64,000 bases of DNA from an uncultured Gemmatimonadaceae bacterium. GTDB taxonomy: Bacteria; Gemmatimonadota; Gemmatimonadetes; Gemmatimonadales; Gemmatimonadaceae. The notes below the pieces were generated by a model, which did not search any database, was not told the origin of the DNA, and worked only from the letters and a program-made list of their open reading frames with translations. This document shows, piece by piece, positions 19,495 to 29,272 of this stretch (the first letter of the stretch is position 1; every line of letters starts with the position of its first letter). Position numbers and translations under genes: made by a program. The stretch covers positions 1,184,001 to 1,248,000 of the forward strand of contig CAVUDW010000003.1 of the NCBI GenBank assembly GCA_963740355.1, read 5' to 3'.

Positions 19495-20385
19495 ATGCCA
19501 GACTCCTCCGCCGCCATCACGCTCCTCACCAGTCGCGCGCTGGATGGTGAGCTGACAGCCGCGGAATCCGCTCAACTGTCCGAGGCCCGCGCCGCGTCCG
19601 CCCGCGTCGATGCAGTGGCGCGCAAGGTGGAGGCAGCGCACGGTCAGATGGCACACCTTCGCGACGTTGCATCGCGTGCGGCTACCGTACCTGCCGAGTG
19701 GGCGGAAAACCTGTTCGTCACGCTGCGTGCGCAGTTCACCGCGCCACGAAAGATTCGCTACGTCGGCGGAGAAGTCACTGCGCGCGAGGCCACGCATGCC
19801 GAGGATCTGGATCTGGCGCAGGCCGCTCTCGCCGGCGAGGAGCACGCACAGCGAGAGATCTACTTCGGCCATATCGCGCTGGTGCAATACCTGTTGCAGT
19901 CACGTCGACTGGCTGCGTATCGCGATGACATTGCGCAGGACATCTTCTTCCGTGTCTTCAGCCGCCTGCACACCTATCGGGGCGACTCATCGCTCAAGAC
20001 GTGGATTCATCGCGTCGCGATCAATCACATCAACAACGTGCTCACCCGTGAGATGCCGAAGCGGGCGAAGGAGTTGAGTGAGTCACAGCTCGAGACGCCC
20101 GAGGGGAGCGTGAGCGTGATCGACGCGGCGGTGGACCCCGACGCGTTGCAGGACTCGCGGCTCGAAGGTGCCGAGCGGCGTGCGATCGTGAATGCGGCGC
20201 TGTCGCGGCTTCCGAGCGCGGCGCGGGCCGTGGTCGAAATGAAGGAGATCGACGGCTTGACCTGCGAGGAGATCGCCGAAGTGCTGGCGGTGCCGATGGG
20301 CACCGTGCAGTCTCGCCTGGCCCGGGGGCGGGCGAAGCTGGCGGAATTCCTGGTGGCGGACTCACGCACGATCAGCGCACGATGA
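19495..20385 (+). CDS. ECF sigma-70 factor with N-terminal anti-sigma-like extension
   Basis: Start trimmed to MPDSSA; sigma2 DIAQDIFFRVF..YRGDSSLKTWIHRVAIN; sigma4 GLTCEEIAEVLAVPMGTVQSRLARGR; about 100-aa N-terminal extension. Confidence 0.85.
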   Translation: MPDSSAAITLLTSRALDGELTAAESAQLSEARAASARVDAVARKVEAAHGQMAHLRDVASRAATVPAEWAENLFVTLRAQFTAPRKIRYVGGEVTAREATHAEDLDLAQAALAGEEHAQREIYFGHIALVQYLLQSRRLAAYRDDIAQDIFFRVFSRLHTYRGDSSLKTWIHRVAINHINNVLTREMPKRAKELSESQLETPEGSVSVIDAAVDPDALQDSRLEGAERRAIVNAALSRLPSAARAVVEMKEIDGLTCEEIAEVLAVPMGTVQSRLARGRAKLAEFLVADSRTISAR

Positions 20386-20609
20386 TGGATCCGGTCTGCC
20401 GTTGTATGAGACTTGCGAGGGTTGATCAGCGCCTCATTGCCATAGCAAGCTCTACCATAGAAGTGGGCAACCTTTTCGGCTCGAGGAACGACACAACCAG
20501 GGGCCTGCTCGCGTAGGTCCTCGCGAGGCGGCGATTCCGCGCCTCCCAGAGCCCGCGATTCGGTTCCCCGAGTCGTCCGGTCCCGAGGCGTCCCGCACTC
20601 CGCACTGCC

Positions 20610-22534
20610 ATGCGCATCACGATCACGAAGCGACGTGCCCTGGTGCTGCTCGGCCTGACCACCGTCCTGCCGATGATCCTCTTCTACCCGTTCTACGGCC
20701 ATGCGCCGTGTCGGGTCGGGGCGCGAGTGGTGAAGCTCAAGAACGGCACCGAACTGCTGGATGCAAATGGGCAGCGGCTTGGCTACATGGACCCCACGCG
20801 CGACCGCTACATCACGCTCGCCGCGCTGCCGAAACATGTCCCGATTGCGTTCACCGCCGTCGAGGATCGCCGACTGAATTCGTGGTACCATCGCGGTGTC
20901 GATCCGGTGGGCACCGTCGCCGCGGCATTCAACAACCTGAAGCCGGGCGACGGGCAGCGTCGTGGCGCAAGCACGATCCCGATGCAGCTCGCGCGCGCCT
21001 TGTGCGCTGATCGCATGCCGCTCGATCACAGCTGGACCGGCAAACTCGCTGAAGCTGGGCTGGGGATGTACCTGACCACGCGATTCGGCAAGCGCCAGGT
21101 GCTGGAGCTGTACCTGAACAGCGTATATCTCGGTCGCAATCGCAACGGCATCGACGCGGCGGCGCGCTCGTACTACGGCAAGTCGGCAACGGCGCTGACG
21201 CCGGCCGACGCGGCGGAACTGGCGCACCTCGTTGCCAATCCGCGCGATCGCGATCCTGCGCAGAACGATGTCGACACCCGTCGCGCGGCGATCAATGGCG
21301 TGTTCGAGCGGATGAAGAAACTCGATGCCACGTTCACGATCACGAAGAAGCGGCTGGTGCCGTCCCGCACGCGCATCGCCGCCGCAACGCCGGTCATGTA
21401 TCGCGGCTACATCTCGCGTGTGCACGACGGCTTCGCGACCTGCCAGCCGTCGGTGACCTGTCCGACCAGTGTGCGCACCTTTCTCGATGCCGGCCTGCAG
21501 AAATCCGCCGAGCGCGAGCTGACGGCGCTGGTGAAGCGACTGCAGGGGCCAGATCGCAAGCGGGCCAGGAGCGACACGTCACCACGCGACGTGAAGTGGC
21601 CGGCATCTTCGTCGCGATGCGTGTGTCGACCGGGGAAGTGGTGAGCTACACCGGCCGGCATGGTCGCACGCTGGCGGGTGCCGACCTGCTGCGTATCGGG
21701 CGGATCCAACCCGCCAGCACGTTGAAGCCGATCCTGCTCGCGACTGCGATCGATGATGGCAATGTCTACACCGACGAGACACTCGGCGAGTTGATGGACA
21801 GTCACTGTCGCGATCCGAAGGTGCACGAATACCTGGCCACGCTGAGCGGCGCGGATGCACCGGAACGCACGCTGGCCGAAGCGCTCTACCGAAGTGACAA
21901 CGTGCTGGGCGCCTGCCTGATGGCGGGGCTGAGCCCACAGGCACGACAGCGGCTGGTGTCGGCCGGCCTGCTGCGCACCGTGAACGCCACGCCGGCGGAT
22001 GGGTTGGGGCTGCAGACCGTGGCGCCACTCGACTTGTTGACGGCATACGCCGCGCTGCGCACACGTGATCGGGCGTTGCTGCCACGCTTCAGCGGATACG
22101 ACCCCGCTGGAATTGCGGCGCCGCTGATGTCGCCGATGTCGGCCGAGATGACGTATTCGCTGCTGCAGGGTGTGGTGCAGCAAGGCACCGCGTGGCGTGC
22201 GGCGAGCGTGTTGAACGACGACTACGCGCTGGCGGGCAAGACGGGCACGGCGGGGCGCGGTCGCGAGCTGGTGTTCGTTGGTTTTGCGCGCGACCTGGTG
22301 GCGTTGCTGTGGGTCGGCGTCGTCTCGGGCAATGGTGCGGTGTCACCGCAGCATGCGTCGGACGTGGTGGTGGAGCCGTGGGCGCGGATTCTGCGGGCGT
22401 ATGCGCCGCGCGAGGACGAGATGGAGATGGGGCCGCAGGAGGATGAGGCGCCGAGCAACATCGAGATCAACGCGGAAGAGATGCGGCGGTGGATCGCGAA
22501 GCTGGCGCGGCGGGTGGAGCGGCAGACGTTGTGA
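20610..22534 (+). CDS. Class A penicillin-binding protein (transglycosylase + transpeptidase); frameshift near 21590
   Basis: GT51 motifs VEDRR, HRGVD, RGASTIPMQLAR, ELYLNSVYLG in 20610..21644; transpeptidase motifs STLK (SxxK), SDN, KTG in 21596..22534. Confidence 0.82.
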
Positions 22535-22544
22535 TGCGCGATCG

Positions 22545-22778
22545 AGGGGTCAGAGATCTTGGTCGGTGGATTCTGGCCGTAAGCTCTTGGTGGGCAAGGG
22601 TTTACGCTCGGATCAAGGGGTCAGAGATCTTGGTCGGTGGATTCTGGCCGTAAGCTCTTAGCGGGCAAGGGTTTAGTCTCGGATCAAGGGGTCAGAGATC
22701 TTGATCGGAAGATTTTGGCCTTAAGTTCTTGATGGGCAAGGGTTTAGTCTCGGATCAAGGGGTCAGAGATCTTGGTCG
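22545..22778. repeat. 71-bp tandem repeat, 3 full copies plus a partial
   Basis: Units start at 22545, 22616, 22687 and 22758 with AGGGGTCAGAGATCTTG; each full unit contains the imperfect palindrome TAAGCTCTTG-N5-CAAGGGTTTA or a close variant. Confidence 0.92.
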
Positions 22779-22797
22779 AGACCTCGGCAGGGTACGG

Positions 22798-23682
22798 CTA
22801 CCCGTCCGCCCGCTTGATCTGCACCAGCCGCTCTTTCGCCAGCCGTCGACCGGTTGGCGTCGCCGCCAATCCACCGCCGGCGGTTTCGCGATAGCGCACA
22901 TCCATCGCCTTCCCGATCTCGCCCATGGTGTCGATCACTTCGTCGACCGGAATCGCGAAGGTGATGCCGGCCATGGCCATCTCGATCGCCGCCAGTGCAA
23001 TGGCGGCGCCGGTGGCGTTGCGGAAGACGCACGGCAGTTCGACGAGGCCGCCGAGCGGATCACAGACCAGTCCCAGTGTGCCTTGCTGCGCAAGCGCGGC
23101 AGCGTGACCGCACTGGGCCGGCGTGCCACCAAGCATTTCGACCGCGGCACCGGCCGCCATACCGGCGGCAGCACCTGTCTCCGCCTGGCACCCGCCTTCA
23201 GCACCACTCAGCGACGCACGTTCCGCGACGACGGCGCCGATCAACCCAGCGGTGGCCAGCGCGTCGATCACTTTGTCGTCGGGGATGTTTTTCGCCAGTG
23301 CAAGACCGGTGAGCACCGCCGGCAACACACCCGCGCCGCCTGCAGTCGGTGCCGCGACGATCACTCCCATGGCGGCATTCACTTCCTGCACCGCCAGCGC
23401 ACGCATCAGCACATCGCGGAACAGCGTGCCAGCCAACGGACCTGCAGGTCCGTTGATCAACTTTGCCGCATCACCGCCGACGAGGCCCGACGCTGATCGG
23501 AGGTCGGGATCCTGCCCCTGCGTGATGGCGCCGCGCATGATGGTGAGCGCGCGCGACAATGCATTGCGGATATCGGCGATCGAGCGGCCGCCGTCCGCCG
23601 ACTCGGCTTCGAGGGCGACGGTCGACAGCGACACACCGCGTGTTTCTGCGTCCTTGATGGCTTCGGCCAGGGAGCGATACAT
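22798..23682 (-). CDS. sdaAA: L-serine dehydratase, iron-sulfur-dependent, alpha subunit
   Basis: Start trimmed to MYRSLA; IVAAPTAGGAG, SGAEGGCQAE, LGLVCDP, ELPCVFRN, YRETAGGGLAATPTG. Confidence 0.95.
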   Translation of the reverse strand: MYRSLAEAIKDAETRGVSLSTVALEAESADGGRSIADIRNALSRALTIMRGAITQGQDPDLRSASGLVGGDAAKLINGPAGPLAGTLFRDVLMRALAVQEVNAAMGVIVAAPTAGGAGVLPAVLTGLALAKNIPDDKVIDALATAGLIGAVVAERASLSGAEGGCQAETGAAAGMAAGAAVEMLGGTPAQCGHAAALAQQGTLGLVCDPLGGLVELPCVFRNATGAAIALAAIEMAMAGITFAIPVDEVIDTMGEIGKAMDVRYRETAGGGLAATPTGRRLAKERLVQIKRADG

Positions 23683-23683
23683 G

Positions 23684-24361
23684 TCAGGCCGCCCCCACCT
23701 TGTCGAGTCGGAACGCCCAGCGAACCCATGGCAATGCACGAATCGTGTCGCGCACTTCCTCGCCCGGTTGTTCGTCGATCTCGATCACCATGAACGCGTC
23801 ACCACCCCGCTGTTTCCGCGTCAGGCGGAGCGTCGCGATATTCAACTCAGCCTCGGCCAGCATGGTCGCGATGGCGGCGACACTGCCCTTCACATCTTCG
23901 GCCACCAGCACGATGGTGTGCAGGTTGCCGGTGACTTCGACAGGGTAGCCGTCGATTTCCGTGACCAACACGCGACCGGCGCCGAGTGACGATCCCTGCA
24001 TCACCGCGGTGCGGTTGTTACGCGTGACTGTGATGCGCACGGTGTTCGGGTGCACCGTGCTGTCTTCGCCGAGGGTCGTCTTCTCGAAGGTGTAGTCGAG
24101 GCCTTCACGCTCCATGATGTCGAGCGCGGTGCGGAGGCGTTCGTCGTCGGGCTTGAAGCCCATCAGGCCCCCGACGATGGCCTTGTCGGTGCCGTGGCCT
24201 TCACCGGTGCGGGCGAAGGAGCCATGGAGTTCGATACGCGCCGACTGCGGCGTCCCACCCACGAGGCAGCGGGCGAGGAGCCCGAGGCGGCAGGCGCCGG
24301 CCGTGTGCGAGGACGAGGGGCCGACCATGACGGGCCCGATGATGTCGAGGAGAGAGACCAT
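23684..24361 (-). CDS. sdaAB: L-serine dehydratase beta subunit (with ACT domain)
   Basis: DIIGPVMVGPSSSHTAGA, GSFARTGEGHGTD, HPNTV. Confidence 0.95.
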   Translation of the reverse strand: MVSLLDIIGPVMVGPSSSHTAGACRLGLLARCLVGGTPQSARIELHGSFARTGEGHGTDKAIVGGLMGFKPDDERLRTALDIMEREGLDYTFEKTTLGEDSTVHPNTVRITVTRNNRTAVMQGSSLGAGRVLVTEIDGYPVEVTGNLHTIVLVAEDVKGSVAAIATMLAEAELNIATLRLTRKQRGGDAFMVIEIDEQPGEEVRDTIRALPWVRWAFRLDKVGAA

Positions 24362-24535
24362 GGGGAAAAGCTATGCCGGTGCGCACCACGCGGTCACGGT
24401 GTAACGTCGCCTGATGACGCTGGTGTGACAGGGGAGCGCAGGTTGTTGGTGGGGTCTGGCGGCGCAGCCTGACCAGGAGGGTGCGGGAGGCTTCGGAGCC
24501 GAGCCGGTGGCCGGCACCATCCCGGGGGACGGCAA

Positions 24536-27500
24536 ATGTCCGATCGTTCGAGGAGTATCGCGCGGGTGCAGTTCCTCGGGGCTCAGCGGATCGAGATCGG
24601 GAGCGACGAGGTGACCCCGGAAGCCGAGCGGCTGTTCGGCATGATCGTGCGCCTTAGCGTGCCGCTGGGGCGGATCACGTCACGGCAGACGATGATGGAC
24701 ACATTGTGGCCTGGCGCGGGCGATGCGAACGCGCGGCACAACCTTCGGCAGACGGTCTACAAGGCACGCGAGATTGGGCTGGTGGTGGAGTCAGGCGAGG
24801 ACGGCCTGCGGCTCGATCCCCGTCACTGGTCGTGCGACTGGGACGATCCAGTCGGCGACGTGGGTGGCGAGTGGCTGCCTAACTACGTGCCGGAGTTTTC
24901 CGAGGAGCTGGCGGCCTGGATCACGGCGCAGCGGGTGGGCGTGCACGCCCTGATCCGACCGCGGATCATCCGGTCGTTGCAGACGGCGCGTTCGGCCGGC
25001 GATCTGGCGATTGCGGATCGATATGCGGCGCAGCTGCTGCGGATCGACGAGTTGAACGAGGAGGCGACGCTCACGCGGGCGGAGTTGCTGGCGATGCAGG
25101 GCGCGAAGATCGACGCGCTTCGGCTACTGGATGCGTATCTGGCCGAGATCGGGCGTCTGGGGTCGGGCAAGGATGCGGCGTTGCCGGCGCAGTTGCTGCG
25201 GCGCCGGATCGCCGAGAAGCTGCCGACGGTGGCGTACCAGAGTGGCGCCAAGCATCACGGGCCGTTGGTCGGCCGGCAGCGCGAGTCGAAGAAGCTGTTG
25301 GCGGGGCTCTTCGATGCGCGGGCGGGGAGGGGCCAGGCTTTCCTGCTTCAGGGTGGTGATGGCAGCGGCAAGACGCGGCTGTTGTACGAGACGCGGAAGT
25401 CGGCGGCGTTGCAGGGGATGCAGGTGTTCGAGATGGCGTGTGACAGCACGCCGAGTGCGATGCCGTTTGCGGCGATGCGTTCGTTGGTGGCGCGGATGCT
25501 GACCTATCCGGGTGCGCTGGGTATCGCGCCGGAAGCGATGGGCGTGTTGCGGGCGTGGCTGTCGAGCAACGAGTTCGCACCGGACGATTGTCCGCTGGCC
25601 GAGATCGAGGACTTGCTGGCGTCGGTGTCGGAGGAGACGCCGTTGTTGTTGCTGGTGGAGCATGCGGAGCGCATCGATGCCGAGTCGTTGGGGCGGTTGG
25701 ACCGGGTGTATCGGAAGGGGGTGCTACGGCATCACATGATGGTGCTGACGACGTCGACGCAGGCGACGCCGACGGAGAGTCCGGTGGAGGTGCAGTGGGT
25801 GGAGCGGGTGGCGTTGCGGCCAATGTCGACAGTTGACGTTCGCGCGATTGTGTCCGCCTATGCCGCAGCCGAGCAACGTCGTGCGACTCAAGACGAAATC
25901 GCGTGCGCCGCCGTGTTCGCAGAGGGTGTTCCGATGTTTGGAATTGAAATGCTCGGGCTAATACTCGATTCTGGATCACCAGACCTTATTCCATGGCGCG
26001 TTCAAATCGCGGTCGATCGGTCGCTTCGAGAGCTGAATGAACTTCAGTGGCGCATACTCTCGCTCTGTAGCGCTCTCAGAAAGAGCGCTCGCCAAGCACT
26101 GGTAGCAGCGGCACTCCATCTGCAGGAGAACGAATTCGCTGCGGCTGCTTGATGGCCTCGAGGATCCCGGCTACCTGCAGTACGAAGACGGGATTTTGAA
26201 ATCTTACTTGGCTCATGGCAGACAAAGCCAGCGAACGAGTTCGCGCCAATGTACTACGGAGCGACGCTTTGTCAGCCGCGAATGAGATGTTGCGCGATGC
26301 GGCTGGATTCACGAATCCCGCAGATTTCTACACGTGCATTCGCCTTACTGTAGTGGCCGGTGAGGAGGGGCGGGCAAAGTTTCTCCTAGACTCGGAGGTT
26401 GGCGCGCTCGTGCGAAGGGACACCGCGCTGGAATCGTGTTTGAGCTGGGCCAGCTGCGAAAGCTAGCACAATCGCGCGCCTTTAGCGTTCTCGTTGATGA
26501 AGTAATTGCGCAGATCCGCGGAGGAGCCGAGAGCAAACGCCCTAGTCGGCGGGCGGCAAGCTACCGCTCCAAGCCTTCATCGCTACCATCGATATCTGAT
26601 GCGTCCGTTGAGGTAGAGTATACGCTGTCATCAACGCAGTCCCTGGTCGCCACACTCAGTGAGTCTCGAAATCCCAATTCTGCACCCGAGAGACGCCTTG
26701 CAGAGGCGGTGATGGCTCTCTTTGTGGCGTCGAATCTGGCGACAAAGCGGGCTGACGGCGTCCTTTCAGCCGTAAACGCGGTCAGGTATTCGAAGGATGT
26801 GAATCCATTTGACATACACCGGGCGGATCTGATTTTCTTCGCCTCAGTGGGGCTTCGAGAGAAAGCGCTAGAGGCCGCGCATCAACTATCCGCTAAGTCT
26901 CGTACCGTGCACGACGTTCAGCTGGCGTGCAAGGGACTGAGAAATGCGGCGGAGGTGCACTCGACTTTCGGCGATGAAAGGCAGCTCATTCGCTACTTCT
27001 TGAGTCGCGTAGCCTAGCGGCAACATTGAAGTATCACGCACAAATCGTGTGGGCCGACATCCGCCTTGCGGATCTCCGATTGGAAGCAATGGATCTTGAG
27101 GGGGCGAATGCTTATCTGACGAGTGCGATGATATCGTCGATAGCATACCGCCTATAGCACCGCTGCTCTCGCGGACCTCAATGTCGCAGACAGTGCTGGG
27201 AAGGTGCTAATGCGCGGCGCATCGGCCAGGCGACAGAAGGCCGCGCGAATTGTAGCAAGAACTCGGTGCACGCCTCTAGAACCGGCACTGCACTCTGGAC
27301 TCGTTCTCGGTGTCAGACTCGCGACACACGCAGGACCTTTCGCCAGAGACACAGCTCGGGACTATTCGTTGCTTAAGGAGAGTATTGCCAGCAGACCATT
27401 CTATCCGAACGAACAGTTGAGCCTCGCTGCGTTGGTGCTCTACAGAGCACTTCCGCGGGCACCAAGAAGTCTCAAAATTCGTGCGTGCGCAGCTTCCGCG

Positions 27501-27600
27501 CATTGAAAGCACCGGGAGGATCGCATTCTTGAGTTCTCCTTTCGCGGACGTAGAGAAAATGTCGCGAAAGACTCGCACCATAAAGCACCCCTATTTTGAC
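24536..27600 (+). pseudogene. BTAD/SARP-like activator + P-loop (STAND-like) ATPase + helical C-terminal sensor; multiply frameshifted after 26150 (pseudogene or assembly error; 3' end approximate)
   Basis: LWPGAGDANARHNLRQTVY, IDELNEEA (BTAD-like), LVGRQRE, Walker A GGDGSGKT, LLLLVEHAERID; helical coding continues in ORFs 26215, 26436 and 27204. Confidence 0.7.
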
Positions 27601-27601
27601 T

Positions 27602-28909
27602 CTATCCGTTTGCGAGCAGTGAAAGAGTTGGTTCTGCTGCAAAATCGTCCTCATGCGAAGCGCAGGCAAGCCTCAATACTGTGTCGATTGTTCCTGCAGC
27701 GAATAGCGTTGCCAACATCTCGGGATCAAACTGAATGCCACTCATCCGCAACATCTCTGCGCGAATCTTATCCGCTGCAAGGCCTCGACGGTACGGTCGG
27801 TCACTCGCCATGGCGTCGATCGTGTCTGCAATCGCAATGATCCGAGCAAACACTGGGGATTGCTTCACCCGCCAACGCATCTGGATAGCCAGAACCGTCC
27901 CATGCTTCGTGGTGATGCCGAATCGGATCTACCGTATCACGCAGGTGCGAAGAAATTCGAACGAGTTCGGCGCCCTTGATCGGATGCGACTCCATGATCG
28001 CGCGTTCTTCGGCTGTGAGCTTTCCCGGCTTCGCCAGAATCGGAGCGAACACTTCGTGAATCTTCCCTACATCGTGCAGAAGACCAGCCACTGCAAGCGT
28101 TCAACCTGCTTCGCCGAAAGCGAGAGTGCCTGACCCATCATCGTTGAATACTGCGAGACACGCCTAGAGTGACCCGAAGTATAGGGATCACGAGCTTCAA
28201 GCGTCGTAACGGTGAGCTCGAGAAGCTCTTTGTTCGAAACGTGCAGCTCTTCATTCGTGCTGTTCAGCTGACGAACGATTAGCACCAACGCCGCCGCAGC
28301 AGACGTCGCAAGCACGCCGAACTTCACGTACACCGTTACGAAGACGAAGACGAACGGCAAGGCAACGAGATCGAAGAAAAATCCACGCTGCCCTTCCTTC
28401 CAAATCGAAATGTATTTCGTCTGCGTCTCTGCGCTCACCACTGCTGCAACCGCAGCTGAATTGGTGAGGACGAAGGCTAGGAATGCAGCGAGTACCGAAA
28501 GTGGACGTATATCACCACCGTAAACAGCTCCCGCCGCACCCGTCAGCCGATAGGCTACGACGGAGAAGGAAAGTGTGACGGCATGCTGGGCAACGTTGAA
28601 AACAAGCTTTGCTGTCTCCTTCCGCATCAGCAGCTGTGCCAACAGAATGACACCTACGGCGCTGAGTACAGAGACCCAAGAAGGGACGAGAACGACACTG
28701 GCTAGGAACGTGACGAATGTTGCCTGGCCATTCACGCGATCGGACAGCGCGTACGGCATAAGAGCGCCAAAGACAGAAAACACCGCAAAGGCGATTGCGG
28801 CGTTGAGCTCGACTGGATCTACGCGTGGTTCGAAAGCGTAGAGAGCAACAAGACTCCCCGCTCCGACCAGCGCGGTCAGCGTTACTATCGTCTTCGTGGC
28901 CTTTCGCAA
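27602..28909 (-). pseudogene. Membrane-anchored HD-GYP phosphodiesterase, split by two frameshifts (about 28090 and 27880)
   Basis: Multi-TM N-terminus, then ARDPYTSGHSRRV / AGLLHDVGKI, HHEAWDGSGYP / ARIIAIADTIDAMASDRPYR across three overlapping ORFs. Confidence 0.85.
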
Positions 28910-28944
28910 GCAGATCCCCCCGCCTCGGACTTCAAACTAGTTCT

Positions 28945-29013
28945 TCAGTTCCACGTCTGCGTACCGCCAAAAGCTGCGGCGATAAGACCTGCGAATGCGG
29001 CCCAGAAACCCAT
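28945..29013 (-). CDS. 22-aa hydrophobic peptide MGFWAAFAGLIAAAFGGTQTWN
   Basis: Manual translation from ATG 29013 to TGA 28945; perfect SD GGAGGTGA (29027-29020) 6 nt upstream; stop lies 35 nt before the HD-GYP start. Confidence 0.75.
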   Translation of the reverse strand: MGFWAAFAGLIAAAFGGTQTWN

Positions 29014-29161
29014 CTTGCGTCACCTCCCTTCCGTCGTCAGTCCTCCGCTCTCGCGTCAGACTGCCTCCATCGGTGGGCTCCGCTCGTACTACTGGCCGTA
29101 CCCGCTCAACTCCGCTCTGCCGAGGACGGGGGGATTACTAATTCTGCTTTCCACTAACACA

Positions 29162-29177
29162 CGCGTCTTTCGTGCCA
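29162..29177 (-). promoter_or_regulatory. Putative sigma54 (-24/-12) promoter for the peptide/HD-GYP operon
   Basis: TGGCACGAAAGACGCG: exact TGGCACG and GG-N10-GC spacing; the -12 box is ACGC rather than TTGC. Confidence 0.55.
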
Positions 29178-29272
29178 GTGACCGACAGTTTGTCTTTCCC
29201 GCCGCCCGCGGTGACTTCGTCACCACCACACGCAACGCCCGCCGGTCACCTGCAAGGCCTGACCACCCTCCC

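Noticed and set aside
22545..22778. CRISPR array
   Set aside because: Sequences between the conserved parts are near-identical rather than unique spacers, and no cas genes are present
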